In this document: one piece after another, positions 13,115 through 26,640 of the stretch
Layout: the number at the start of each line of letters is the position of its first letter
Numbering within the stretch: position 1 is the stretch's first letter
NCBI GenBank assembly: GCA_964016885.1
Contig: OZ024740.1
Span: forward strand, 119,288,001 to 119,352,000
DNA from: Eledone cirrhosa
Taxonomy: Eukaryota
Direction of reading: 5' to 3'
DNA: 64,000 nucleotides
Notes under the pieces: generated by a model
Databases searched by the model: none
Seen by the model: the letters and a program-made list of their open reading frames with translations, nothing else
What the model was told of the DNA's origin: nothing
Translations under genes and position numbers: made by a program

Positions 13115-13128
13115 GTTATTATTATTGT
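13050..13128. repeat. (ATT)n microsatellite / LINE tail
   Basis: Direct reading. Confidence 0.95.
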
Positions 13129-13129
13129 T

Positions 13130-13240
13130 CCGAGGTTGACTTTGCCTTTCATCCTTACGGGGTCGATAAAATAAAGTACCAGTAATGAACTGGGTAATTT
13201 GCTGGCCTTGTGCCTAAAGTAGAAACAATTATTATTATTA
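13130..13240 (+). mobile_element. 5'-truncated SINE family A
   Basis: Starts at CGAGGTTGACTTTGCC and ends GAAACAATTATTATT. Confidence 0.85.
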
Positions 13241-16200
13241 TTGTTCTTTGAGTCTCAGTCATTGATGTTAGTTAACTGGAAAGTTTGTTGAAATGAATAT
13301 CAAGCCACTACCTGCAGCCTCAGATATTCAGGACGTATCGGAGGGTTCTTGCTGTTCCCAGCAAGCATGCCTTTTGAAGCGTTCCAAAAAGTGTGGCGGG
13401 GCCAATTTTCTTTAACCATCCCTGGAAACTTTTTGAGATAGTACCTAGTGCGCCTATGACAATCGGGACCACTTTGACCTCATGGCAGTTCCAAATCCTT
13501 TTTACCTCCCAATTTAAGTCCTGGTATCCGTTAATTTTTTCCCTCTCCTTCTCTTGCACTCTCGTGTCGAATGGGCAGGCCACATCCACAATCAGGCACG
13601 ATCTTTTTTCTTTGTCCAAAACCACCTGGTCAGGTCTATTGTGTTCCAGTTTCTTGTCCGCCTGTATCCTAAAATCTCATAGCACCTTCACCTGATCGTT
13701 TTCTATCACCGCCTCTGGCTTATGCTCATACCAATTCTCAGAATGTGGTAAATTGTTTACTTTGCATAGGTGCCAGTGGATCACCTTGCCCATCACATCA
13801 TTTCTCCAGCCTTTATAGTGAGTCTGGGCTAGGTATATACACTCGGATACAATGTGAGCCACAGTCTCCTCTCTCTCCACAGATCCTGCACAGTGGGCTA
13901 GCCTCCGCCTTGTAAATATGGTGTTTCACCCACTTCGTTTTGAGGGCCTGCTCTTGCGCATCCATTAGCATTCCTTCTGTAGTCTTTTTAAGGTCTCCTC
14001 TTTTCAACCAGTTCCATGTCTGTGTATCTCTGAATTCAGTTTTCTCAAAGAAGGAACTATGAAGGGATGTTTCATGAAGGCTGCTCTTTCTCCTTGTTGT
14101 TATTTCTTCCTTGGACATCCCCTTGTCTATTGTCCTCTCATTCAGTACAATTCTGAGCATTGGCTCCTTACTATCAGTCACGTATTTGTGTAGGTTGTTT
14201 TTCTCCATCTGAACACAGTCCTCTATGCTGATAAGACCTTTTCCACCTTCAGATCTCCTTAAGTAGAGTCTATCGACTTCACTCCTCTTGTGGAACATGT
14301 TGTAGATAGTCAATAACTTCCTAGTCTTTCTATCCATTTCTGTTTGTTCAGCAACATTTCATCTCAGAATTCCCGCACTGTACATAATAATAGACACAGC
14401 TAGGGAATTTACTGCACTTATGGCATTCCTACTGTTGAGATGTGATTTTAATACGCTCCTTGCTCTCCAAATGTATTCAGTTCTTAACAATTCCTTCATT
14501 TTTTTGTTCTTGATGCCATCTGCCTCCAGAACACCTAAATATTTGAATCCTTCTTCAGTGTCTATTTCCTTTATCATCTCACCTGTTGGTACCTGGATTC
14601 CGTTGCTTCTGCTCAATTTACCCCTCTTCATCACTCGGACTCCACACTTACTAATACCAAATTGCATACATATATCATTGCTGAAAATACGGACAGTGTC
14701 AACAAGCACATCCAACTTCTTCTCACTCTTCCCGAAGAGCTTAAGATCGTCCATGAAGAAGAGCTGATTGATGGTAAGCTCTCCCTTTCCCAACTTGTAT
14801 CCTGCTTTCACTTTTCGCAGTATAATGGTCAGGGGGATCAGAGCAAGGACAAACAAAAGAGGGGACAAACTATCTCCCTGGAAGATACCTCTCTTGATCT
14901 TCATGCCTTCCTAGGATTCTCCATCCGATGTTAACTCTGTTTTCCAGGACTTCATACTTTTGTTCAACAACTGTCTGATGTTATCTGCCACCTTGAAGAT
15001 CTCTAGACTTTTGGTTATCCAAGAATGAGGTACCATGTCGAATGTCTTTTTGTAGTCTATCCATCCCATGGCAAGACCAGTGTGTCTCCTCTTGCAATTC
15101 CTCATTACCATCTTATCAATAAGCAACTGGTCCTTTGTACCACGGGACTTCTTTCGGCATCCTTTCTGTTCGCCCGGTAACATGTTGTTTATGTGGAGGT
15201 GATGGTAGATTTCCTCAGACACAATGCTTGTTAACAGTTTCAACATTACGGACAGACATGTGATAGGTCTATAGTTGGTTACATCATTACCCTTGAATAG
15301 GTCTTTCATTACCAGAACTGTGGTACCTTTTGTCAACCACTCTGGTACCTCACCTGACATCAAGCAGTCATTGAACATGGTTGTCAGTTTCGGGTTAAGG
15401 GATGTTATATTTTTATTCCTATACCCATGCACACCATCTGAGCCTGGTGATTTCCAGTTGGTTAGTTTTTTGGCCTGCCCCTTAAGAGTTACAACTGTGA
15501 TACTCAAATCAGTTTGTTGGTGTGCTTGTTCACCAATCTCCTTTTGTACTGTCTCAATCCACACTGCCTGATCATTATGTTTAACATCCTGCTCCCATAT
15601 TCCTCTCCAGAATGTCTTAGTCTGTTTCGCCTCAGTGATCAACTCGTTGCCTCTTTCTTTCTCTTTAAGCTGTCCAAACAACATCTTCTGGTTGTTGCGA
15701 AACATGCGGTTCTGTCTATACTGACTGACTCTGCTCTCGTATCGCCTAATCTTTGCACTCTTTGGTACCATGCGTTGCTTCAGTTGCTCTATGATAATAT
15801 TTAGCCTTTTCATCCTAGTCTTGTACTTTATTTCCAGTCTAATTTTAGTGTCTATGTTTTGTAATCCCATTCAGTAGGGACTCAAGCTTTCCAATGTCAT
15901 TTCTCATTTCCCTGATTTGACCATTCAGTCGTTTCTTCCACCAAGGTTCTGATCTTTCTTGTTTGTTGTTTCCTCTCGTTTTTATGCTAAGTAATTTCCT
16001 CACCGTATTTTCTGTTGCTTTGAGGATATTGTTGCACTGGTGAAGGTTCCTCGCCTCAAAGTATGGGATGACTGTTGTTTCTTTTAACTTATTCCTGTCT
16101 ACAAATCTTAGGTTCATAGGTTTCCCGCTATCATTGTTCATTTCATCTACCACTAAGTTTAGGATATCAACCAAATCTTGTCCAAGCCCGTCAGCATTCA

Positions 16201-16550
16201 TTTCCTCAATGGCCGTATCTTTGTTCCAGGTATTATTTATTTCAGCATTCAGATCATTGACTGCTTCGGATGCTTCCTTCGTTCTCTCAACCTCTTAACC
16301 TTCATTTCCCACTGGCTCGTTTGCCTGGCACACTCCACTCTCCATTTCCAACCTAATCTCTCTGCTCAGTTCCCGCTCGCTTATCCATCCATTAGTTCTT
16401 ATTAAACGAGCCTGCCCGGCCAATTTTTGTTCATCTAATTTAAATAGACCAATCACCTTTCCTATAGCCTTTTTCCTTGTGGTTACTCTTCAGGTAACAT
16501 TGCATAACTGTTCTATTCAGTTCTGTTGTCCAGTTGGTTCTGGTCCCTTT
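13241..16550 (-). mobile_element. near full-length R4/Dong-like RLE LINE (RT, CCHC, RLE), frameshifted
   Basis: WKSPGSDG, YRPITCL, EQKGC, WIDYKKTFD, QGDSLSPLLF, FMDD, KYLG, CRIC...ETVAHIVSEC, IVDVACPFD...E.EK..Y, VVPIVIGALG; (AAT)n 3' tail. Confidence 0.92.
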
Positions 16551-16559
16551 ATTATTATA

Positions 16560-16745
16560 GGGCGGTGGATTGGCAGTATTGGTAGAGGGTCGGATGCCAT
16601 GCTTTGCAGCATAGAATTACGCCCCTTTACGTTCTGAGTTCAAATCCCGCCAAGGTTAACTTTGCCTTTCATCGTTACGGGGTCGATAAAATAAAGTACC
16701 AGTAATACACTGGGTAATTGCTGGCCTTGCGCCCAAAGTAATTGT
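16560..16745 (+). mobile_element. SINE family A, full length
   Basis: GGCGGTGGATTGGCAGTATTGG head through tail. Confidence 0.85.
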
Positions 16746-16759
16746 AATTATTATAGTTA

Positions 16760-19460
16760 TTATAGATAATTGTAACACTTATGCTCTGGCATATGTTATA
16801 CCAACACTATACCAAGTTTCTAACATCCCCTTTAGCAAGGCCGTTTTCTGCAACAATCCTGTCCTTGTGGTAATTCCTAGCTTCTCAACCATGCGTTCAA
16901 CCTTTTTCTAACTGCTCCCAGTGCACCAACCAAAACCGGTACCACTGCTATGGTCTAATTCTCCATAGTTTCCTGATTTCCCTCTTCAGCACTTGGTATT
17001 CCTTAACGTTCTCATTTTCTCATTCATTATTTTTCTCATCTTTCTATCCAATTTTGATATTTCTTCAGTCCAACGATATTCATTGCAATGACCAGTTTTC
17101 TTGCATTCAAATTGGATTTTAAAATCACTTTTACTTTTTTTAAATAAATTCCCTGTACCTTTTTCTTTCATTTCTGCATGCACAATATCATCTAGTTCTA
17201 AGATTCTCAATAATTTATAGCCACTATTTTCTGGTTCTCACATGGTTTTTCTCGATGGCAGTCATAATAGGCTGCTTCCTTCCCCCTTTTCATGTTTAAT
17301 ACAAACCATTTGGAAATCCTAAATTCTATACTGATGTCACTGCTGCATATCTGCACAGTTTTAACCAATGAGTCTATTTTTTTTTTCAGACTGCCCAAAC
17401 AGCTTCAGGTCATCCTAAAACAGAAGATGGTTTATGAATGGCCCTTGCCTTCCAGATTGGTAACCTATTTTTCCTTTCTGAGTGAGTATTTTAGGTATCA
17501 GTGTTATAACAACTATTAACAGTGAGTATGAAACACCTTGGAAGATACTTCTTTTAATTTCTAATTCTCCCAGAAAGATGTTGCTTGAGTATAACTTGGT
17601 TTTCCACTCTAGCATAAACTTTGTCATGTTGTTAGTAATACCAAACATCTATAGGCATTCACCAATCCAAGAATGGTGTACCAGATCTTAAAGTCAATCC
17701 AGGCGATAGACATGTTTGTGTGATGTTTCTTACAATGCCTCAGATTTGGTACCCTGGGACCTCTTCCTACATCCTTTTTGTTCCCTTGGTAGCATTCCTT
17801 CATGTGTCAGAAAAGCATATGTTTTCCCTAGAAATACCCCAGTGAGAAACTTCCATATTATATTTAGGCATGATATTGGGCAGTAGTCTCCCACAGCATT
17901 TCCCTTATTTCTATTGTTTACCATAAGCGTTGTTCTCTCTGTAACCATCCAGTTAGGGACTGCACAACTGTGGACACAATCATTCAGTTGTGGTGCCCTG
18001 TCATTCATGTATAGCACTGTATCTCTTCAATCAAAATCACATCTGGTCTAGGGCCTTTCCAGTTAGGTATCTTGATCACTTCATCTTTCACATCGAGTGT
18101 ACTTATTGTAATATCATTTTGCATATTTCTTCCGCACAATTATGTATCAATGGTGTCTATCCACTTGGCATCCTTTCTATGCCTCATACTGTTTCCCCAT
18201 ATCTCATTCCAGAACTCTTTGGCCTTATCAGCATTAGCGACAGCATACTCCCCATTCCCATTGTTTCAATCCAAAGTGCGGAAGAATTGTTTTGTATTAT
18301 TTTGGAACAGACTATTCTCCTCGGACTATTTATTTCTATTCACATATCTCATTATCTTCTTCTAGCTTTTTGAAAGAAATCTGTTTTAGCTGTTCTATTA
18401 CTGGATGAAATCAGTTCTTCCAAATTCGATGTCTTATCTAGAGCTTCTCAATCAGCTTTTTCCCATTTTTCCATTTTCCTCTAAATCATTGCTCAAGTTT
18501 ACTTAGATTCAGGGAAGTGAAAATTGATGGAAGCTACGGAGTGGGTAGACCTGGGATGAGGTGATAAAAACTGACCTTGCTCACTTACACCTCTCTAAGA
18601 CAATGACACTGGATCAAGATCTTTGGTGTCATGCAGTTTTGTACAGAAGACACAACTGCCATTGCATACAAACCTACAGTAGGCACCTCTTAACCCAATG
18701 TACACCCCACCCTACACACCCTACCCCATCTTCCTTTTCTCGTTCCATCCACTGTAAATGTGGTTGGTGTTAGGAAGGGCATCCAGCTGTAAAACACCTG
18801 CCAGAGACACTTCCGTATGAGCAAGACATGGTTTCCTGACCATCAAATAGAACAAAACTGTCTAATCCATGCTAGCGTGGAAGATGGACGTTAAACGATG
18901 ATGATGATTCTGCCTTAACTACATTGGGGCATCTTCAATGCATCTTTTAAATCATGGTTCTTTTACCTTGCTCTGCTTAGTGCTCGTAGTCGCATTTGTT
19001 CCTATACAAACAGTGCAACAGCTCAAATGAGGTTCTTAGATTGTTTTATGTCTTCTCTCTGGATGTATTTAATGACATAACTTATCTGTTTTGTAGTTTC
19101 AATTGTCATACTCATATCTACTCTTCTCATTGGGATTCTTTCTTCTGGGGCATTCATCAAATCCATATGCCGTCTACATAATGTGACTCATCATTCAAGT
19201 GACTCCTTCCTCTTGCATCGCCTTTCTCATTCTCAGCCATACCAGCGCTCAATGAATAATATTCTTCTTCAGCAGCTCTAACAGTTCCATCACAAACTCC
19301 CTGCTCCTGCTGCCAATTTTTCTCTCTGCCTTCAAAAATAGAGACCGCTTAGGCTTCTGCTCTACCTCTTTTCGTTGTTCATCTGCAGGTTCCTTTAAGT
19401 CTTCACTCATCTGAGATATTTCTACTTCAGTTAACCAGCCCTCTATTAAATCAGGATCTT
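16760..19460 (-). mobile_element. older R4/Dong-like RLE LINE, heavily degenerate, interrupted by an RTE-tailed insert at ~18510-18908
   Basis: YCPISCL, EQKGCRKRSQGTK, IFQGVSYS, VVPVLVGALG; N-terminal GWLTEVEI at ~19415-19440. Confidence 0.8.
18510..18908 (+). mobile_element. RTE 3' fragment plus RTE-tailed non-autonomous element
   Basis: TWDEVIKTDL-like RTE C-terminus; GGTTGGTGTTAGGAAGGGCATCCAGCTGT block; CCATGCTAGCGTGGAAGATGGACGTTAAACGATGATGAT tail. Confidence 0.75.
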
Positions 19461-21644
19461 CAGAAAGTTATTTAGAATATTTCTAATATATTTTTCTCTC
19501 CTGTTATTGGTTTCAGACATTGAGATGCAACCATACTTGGGTAGCATTTTCAGGAGCTTTTAGTCAACCTAATTACTTATTTTAGTATAAGTATTTATTT
19601 TATTGCATTTGGTTTATTGCGTGATAACGTTACATTCTAAGATAAAGGTATTTAACTCAATTCACCATTTTACATACTTACATATGACATGACAGACATC
19701 CACCCAGTTTCTCTGTAAGAAGATCCACTTTCAAGGTGTTGGTCAATACATTATGTTATGATGCACTTGTCCAAGGTGCTATGAATCAAATAACTATGCT
19801 TCTGTTTAAATATTCATGTGTTGAAAATTACGGAAATTCTTTTTTTTCTATTTATATCTATACTTCTTTCACAGGCTGCTGATCAAATCATAACTTCTAG
19901 ATGTTAATTTCTGTTTGCGTTGTGTGACAAGATGACGTTTACTTGTGAATGGTGAATTCAAGGCTTGACAAACGATTGCACATCATTAAGCTTCACACTT
20001 ATTGTGGAGCCAATGACAAATTTGATGAAGATAATTAGAGACTCTGATCCAAGCCTATTACTAGGAGGAGTAGGACTCAGTACTATGTGGTGTTGAAACA
20101 CTTGTTAATTAAATATATCTCTTAAGTTTGATAGTTGTTTCCTGATAAATAAACTGAGCTCTTTAAAAGTTTTATGTATTGGACATTGATACTGTGCAGT
20201 GCAAGTAACAGGATAAAACTATCACTCCTACTGGTTGTCTAACACAATACTGACTAACACATCTTCAATTCTCTTAGAATGAAATTAAATGTATGTTAAA
20301 CCATAAAACATGAAGTAAAAAGGAAATAAAAAGGTTATTTACATGCTGGCAAAAACATAGATATTGTGCATTTGCAATTGTCAATAAAACTAAGGTTATA
20401 TTTCATATCAAAATCATAAGAAAAGAGTGCAAAATAGAATATACCAAATAAAAAAGAGTAAAAGAGAGGAAGAGAGAAATGAGGGTGGAAAGAGCAAAAG
20501 ATAGAAAGAACAAAAGACACAGATTGAGCAATAAAAATACGAAGGTAGAAAAAAAATCAAGAGAAGAAAAACATTTACATAAATTGATAGTTAGTTAGAG
20601 AGATGTCCATGTATTCATATATGTATTTTCATATGTACGCCTGCAATAATCATTATAAAATTACTTCATAGACTTACTTGCCAAAGATAACTCAACTTAC
20701 GTTTTCTATTAAGTTTCTATGGAAAGATATTTTTTCCTCTTAGCTTGTGTTAAGTTTCATATCTGCAGTAACATTTTGAAAACAAATAGAGGTCAAAGAA
20801 AATATTCTAAAATAGTTTGTCTTCTCCAAGATATTTTCCTGTCCTAATTTTTTTCCTCCTTCTAATGCTTATAAAGCAACAAAAAAAGAAAAAAAGTGAA
20901 ATTCTATGGTGTTCATTTCAAATGTATATATTTCTGTTTATTAAGTTAGTTTTTAAAAACCTATTTGGTATGTGAATATTCAACATTTGCAATGAGATAT
21001 TTCAATAAAACAATACTTTAATGCATTTTCTTTTAGTGATAAAAATATGTTCATAGATTAATTTGTTAGAGTAAGCTGATAAATTTCTTGTTTAATGCAT
21101 ATATGTGAATAAGATATGTTGCTAGTGTTATTTTCTGATGTTAATATTGTGGTGTTATTTTTGTATGATTTTATTGCTATTATATTTATTGTTATTGATT
21201 GTGTCTATGTTTTTGTAGTTGGTCGTGCAGATTTTTGTCAATGATATTCAAAGATTTATTTGGAAATGCTATAAAAAGAAACACATGTATGTGTAAGTAC
21301 ATTTGCATGTATGTATGTAGAAATGTATGTATCTAAGTATTATGTGTAAATACATATATTTACAACAATAGTGACATCTACAACTGTAACAAACATCAAA
21401 ATGTACAGCATCAACAATAACGTAAATTACATTAAGACATTAAAAAAAGATTTTGTAATAAAATCTATGTAACTACTTACATTATATTTATTTTATTAGA
21501 TGAAATATCTAATTAATTATTGTCATAATATTTATTTTTAGAATAGTATCTTATCACAAATGTGGTTTTCAATGTACACTTATATATTTGCATATGTATA
21601 GTATGCAGGTATAATTTGTATTGATGTATTCATATATACAATTG

Positions 21645-21700
<56 letters not shown>

Positions 21701-22166
21701 TTTATATGTGTGCGTGTGTTAATATACAAGTATGAGTATGCGTTTATATTTATATATATATGTGCAAATGTATGAATATATAAATATACAGAGAATGCAG
21801 ATATAAGTAGGTGTATATGTTTACATTTATATGAGTGAAAGGTTGTCAGTGTTAGCTTAAATCGAATCATTAATATGATTGACTATATAGTAATGAGAAA
21901 TATGAATATAATTTTTAAACTTTCACACTATAAGCAGAGAGAATACATCAAAATAGTAACAGTCTTTTAACATGGGGTTTCTAATTCAACCATATGATAA
22001 TATAGTGCATTTATTATTCATTGAATTTTGAAGTGTCAGCATAAATATAATTCTGTATATTTGGATATATTGTGAAATTCCTTTATTATGAAGGATATTA
22101 GTGAACGAGAAGCATGTGATGGGCACTGGTAATTCATGTGTTTTGCCATGTAGACATACATACAAT

Positions 22167-22214
<48 letters not shown>

Positions 22215-22217
<3 letters not shown>

Positions 22218-22530
22218 TCATCATCATCGTTTAACGTCTATCTTCCACACTAGCATGGGTTAGACAGGTTTGTCCTGTTTAGAGGCAAGTTAGTTTGGAT
22301 GAACGTGTCTCACTCATATTGGACTGATATATATATATCATCATCATCATCATCATCGTTTAACGTCCATCTACCACGCTTGCATGGGTTTGGATGGGAG
22401 TTTTCCCACTTGAGGCAAGATTTGTTGTCCTGCTCGTATAGGACTGTCTGGCGGGTTTTCTACGGCTGGATGCCTTTCTTAACACCAACCACGTTTACAG
22501 TGTGGACTGGGAGGTTTTTACCGTGTTACC
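22215..22530 (-). mobile_element. two RTE-tailed SINE-like copies (family B)
   Basis: (CAT)nCGTTTAACGTC...CATGGGTT reverse-complement tail twice; GGCTGGATGCC block. Confidence 0.7.
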
Positions 22531-22704
22531 TACACGGCCATATTTGCGGGGACTGTGTTTTTTTTTGTCGTGACACCTACACAACCTCATTTATTTCGGA
22601 CTGGATGTTGTGGTACCAACATAACTTCACATTTAAGGGGGTGGTGTGGATGGGGTGAGGGTAGTAGGACGGGAGTGTATTTTGTTAGAGGTGCCTACTG
22701 ACTG

Positions 22705-22737
<33 letters not shown>

Positions 22738-22965
22738 ATGTGTATATATATATAACATCATCATTATTGTTTTAACATCTGCTTTTGCAATGAAGTATGA
22801 ATTCAGAAAAAAATAATAGCAAAAAAGAAAGGAATGGCTGATGAATTTAATAAAAAACAAATGATCCAGTGAACGTAACAAGAACAAGGAGAGTAACTAT
22901 GGATCCTTTACTAAGAGCAAAATACAAACCAAAAAGAACACACAGATATTATTATACTTGAATTT

Positions 22966-23090
22966 GGTCTGAGTTCAAATCCCACCGAAGTTAACTTTGC
23001 CTTTAATCCTTACGGGGTCGATAAAATAAAGTACCAGTAATACACTGGAATAATTGATGGCCTTGTGCCAAAAGTATGAACAATTATTAT
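22966..23090 (+). mobile_element. 5'-truncated SINE family A with target-site duplication
   Basis: ATTATTATACTTGAATTT on both sides (~22948 and ~23083). Confidence 0.85.
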
Positions 23091-23799
23091 ACTTGAATTT
23101 AACTATGAAACCTACCAGGATTTAACGGTTTGATAATTTTTGAAATCATTGACAATTTTAAAGGAAGATAGTTAAATACCAGGTCCTGATTTACACCTCC
23201 TCTTTGTACCAGCCTCTGTTGAAATCTCTGGTGTCCATGGTCCCTGCACTGCTGATTTCCTCCATAAGATTAGAAAGACAGTATTCTGCTTGAGGTGAGT
23301 TAGCTGGTACAGCACATGTCTCTGGCCATTCTCTGTGGTATAACGATTGCCATTTTGTCTGGCGGGTGAGGGGAGGGGCTTGGCTGAGGCACTACTCAAA
23401 CTGGCCTGTAGTATCTGTCCCTCTCTCCCTTTCTTTCACTGCTTGATTTTTTTTTTCTTTTTTGTCTTTTCATTTCCTTTATTTTATGTTTCTATTTTGT
23501 TCCTTTTGATAGTGTGCTTTGTCAAAACAATGACCTTAAAAATATGTTGAAACCATTCTTCATAATGGTGTTTATGACTTATGTTAGTGGTAGTCCTAGG
23601 ATTGTTTCTGTCATATTACAAAATGTGAGGACAGCATGCCATTACTAATACTATCTGAAAAAGAGGCTGTGAAAATCTCAAAAGGTCAATAGATTAATGG
23701 ATTGAGGAATGCTATTGTTCCAAACAAAACTTAAAGTATTCATAAAGAAATCCTCGGACTTGAACACAGTTGTGTCCTTAAATTATGATATTAGATAAT

Positions 23800-24130
23800 G
23801 TGGAGGCACATGACTTAGTGGTTAGCAATCGAAAGGTTGTGAGTTCAATTCTCAGACCGGGTGATTTGTTGTTTCCTTGAGCAAGACATTTTATTTCACA
23901 TTGCTCCAGTTTACTCAGCTGTAGAAATGAGATGTTAGGGACTTGAGTCCATATCATTCCACTGTAAAGTGGTCGTGGAGGTGCCATGGCAAAAAAGCAC
24001 CCAGCACTCACTGTAAATGAGGTTGGTGTTAGGAAGGGCATCCAGCTGTAGAAATCAAGCCAGAATCAGTTCCCGTCCCACCCTTGCAAGCAGGGAAAAA
24101 GCGGACGTAAAATGAGATGATGATGATGAT
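23800..24130 (+). mobile_element. tRNA-headed SINE with CORE-like centre and RTE-type (GAT)n tail (family B)
   Basis: TGACTTAGTGG A-box-like, GAGTTCAATTC B-box, CCTTGAGCAAGACA block, GGACGTAAAATGAGATGATGATG tail. Confidence 0.75.
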
Positions 24131-24304
24131 TAGAAAAAAGGTTTGTTACCTAAATATGTGTGTGTGTGTGTACATGATTGAATAATTGCATATATATTTG
24201 TAATACGAACAGTTATCTGCAAGATATACCTATATATATTTACACAAGTGAATACATATAAGTAAAAGCAATAAAGAAAATAATTGCTCGTACACACACA
24301 CATA

Positions 24305-24355
<51 letters not shown>

Positions 24356-24449
24356 AGCGAGAGAGAAAGATGTATGTATCTATGTATGTAAATTACAAAT
24401 AGACACAAGCTGTATCATTAAATTATATGTAGCTAGTTTATTGTTTCAT

Positions 24450-24950
24450 TTGACCCGAACCCCGATATTCAAAATCTATGACAATAAAACTTCTATACAT
24501 ATATTTTTATCGTGACTCTATCATTAACAAGTAATCATAGCCAAAATGATTACAATGAAAATTTCAAGTGCTATCCATATAACTATTACCAATATAATAA
24601 CCAGAATAATGTTCACATTATACACACCTCAAATTCCCATAACTACTGATAAGATAATCAGACTAATCGCTGGTATCAAATCGAAACTAAATTTCCAAAA
24701 ACACTATGTAAATAAATAAATGACATGTGTCCCACTCATAAATCAAAATTCATCAGCATTAAAGCAACAATTTTCACAGCGCAATAGACAATTTTTCTTA
24801 GCTAAATATCTCTTTGCCAAAGTCAAACATTTAAAAAATAACATACTATCAGTAATATGAAATGGAAATCATGCTTAGCAAGCTAAAGACGAGATAGAAC
24901 ACCTATAATTACATTACCTTAAAACAAAGAATAAATAAATAGCTGTAGAC
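24450..24950 (-). pseudogene. polycystin-like channel-domain TM block (S3-S4 to last TM)
   Basis: VFYLVFSLLSMISISYY**, AKRYLAKKNCLLRCENCCFNADEF*FMSGTHVIIYLHSVF, IILVIILVIVIWIALEIFIVIILAM (compare PKD1 GLWALRLWGALRLGAVIL); frameshifted. Confidence 0.5.
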
Positions 24951-25271
24951 ATAGCTGTCTGGTTTACAAGTTAGCATGTCAACTATGTGGTTTGATAACA
25001 CTATGTGGCACAGAGGACAAGTGTCTTCTACTATAGACTTGAGTTCAATCAATGACTTGTAAGTCATATTTATATATGGGGCATCATCATCATCATCATC
25101 GTTCAACGTCCATTTTCCATGCTAGCATAGATAGGATGGGTTGTCCCTTTGTGAGAGATGAGGTCGGAGGATTGTATTTCACTCACACAGAACTGATTTT
25201 GGCTTGGTTTCTACGGCTGGATGGCCTTCCTAATGCTGACCACATTGATAGATGTATGTATATATATATAT

Positions 25272-25535
25272 AAGCAAGTATTCCAACAAGAAAAATATAA
25301 ACTTCGGTGAGAAAGGAAATTAAGAATTCATTTGCTTTAACATATGTTTCCGTGTCTATTATAATTGTCTACATATGCTGATTACAATATATATTGTTCA
25401 GTCATATACAATACTTAATTATTTATCACACTTCTTCAGAAAGCTTATATTTGTTTGTGGAAGTGACTATCCACTGCATGGTAAAATTGAGGAATGAAAA
25501 GTTCAGTATAAAAATGGTATTTTCATTTAAGAAAA
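25272..25535 (-). pseudogene. polycystin TOP-domain block
   Basis: CI*LNNIYCNQHM*TIIIDTETYVKANEFLISFLTEVYIFLVG resembles polycystin WLD..TRA.FIDFSVYN....LF....L..EFP..G. Confidence 0.5.
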
Positions 25536-26640
25536 TATAAAACAAGAATAAATCAAAATGACAATGAAAAAATAGAATAATATAAAACACAGTTAGTTAG
25601 AGTGTAATTAGAGTGATTTAGAGGAGATGGAATGGGGGTAAAGAGTTTCACAGTATCAATCTGTGTACTGTGACATGGAACAATTATTATTTGACCATTG
25701 GTATGGGTGAACGTTTCAATGTTTGTCAAGAGGGTATGTAGAGAAGGACAGAAAAGGAGAGGGTAGAAGTTAAGAATAGGATAGAGTGGCGAGGGAGGAG
25801 AAGGAATTAAGAAATTGAGAAGATTACTGAATTCTTTGGGTGGGTGTGAAAAGTTCAAATGCCTCAGGAAATGTACTCAATCGGATTTAGTAAAATATAG
25901 GTATTAGGGATTGAATCTTGTCCAGTTTGTATTTAGTGAAGGTTTTTAGAAGCTTGTGTTTGCAATTAAATACCCTATCATGCTGGGAATTTAGAAGGTC
26001 CTTTCCGGTCACTATTTCAATCACCTCCGCCAAACATAATTCACAAGGGCATCTTTCATTCCGTTATGGATGGGCGAATTTCAGCACTGACTATTGTAGT
26101 GTGTATTCAGTATTAGCGTACTTCAGATCCCAGATTTGTTATGCTAGGGCCGTAGATCTAGCTAAACTGGCCGTAGATCTAGCTAAATGTGGGTGTTCAC
26201 ATACCATCTCTTCTTGAAAACATTCGAAGAGGCACCAACATACTTAGATATTACCTGTTTTAATTTGACCACACACTGGTAAACAATGATTTTAGAGAGA
26301 GAGTATATATCTACCTATCTGTCTATCTACCTATATATCTATTAGAAAAGGTTGGAGCCTGGCAGCTGAGCTCTTGCTGTTTTGACAGCTAATTCCAGAC
26401 TTTTGACAAAAGTACTTGCAGTAGACTGGCCATCTCATCAAGGACATGGCTGAGGTGAATGACGCGGTGGTAAAAGGTTGTCCATATGAGGGTAAAGGTT
26501 CTTTATAGGTTGATAAAGAAAAGTTTTAGAATAAATTGATAATATATTTCATATGTATATATCTTTTTATATACATTTTCCAGGAGTGGTTGTGTGTGTG
26601 GGTGTATGACTGCACAAGTGTGTGTGTATCTGTGTGGCCA

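Noticed and set aside
19875-20840. C-terminal tail exons of the polycystin-like gene
   Set aside because: A donor at ~20700 and protein-like fragments exist, but no motif match could be made
23172-23405. Minus-strand exon candidate (SSASAKPLPSP...GPG)
   Set aside because: Weak purine-rich acceptor context and no recognisable homology; could be a TE remnant or polycystin tail, but unsupported
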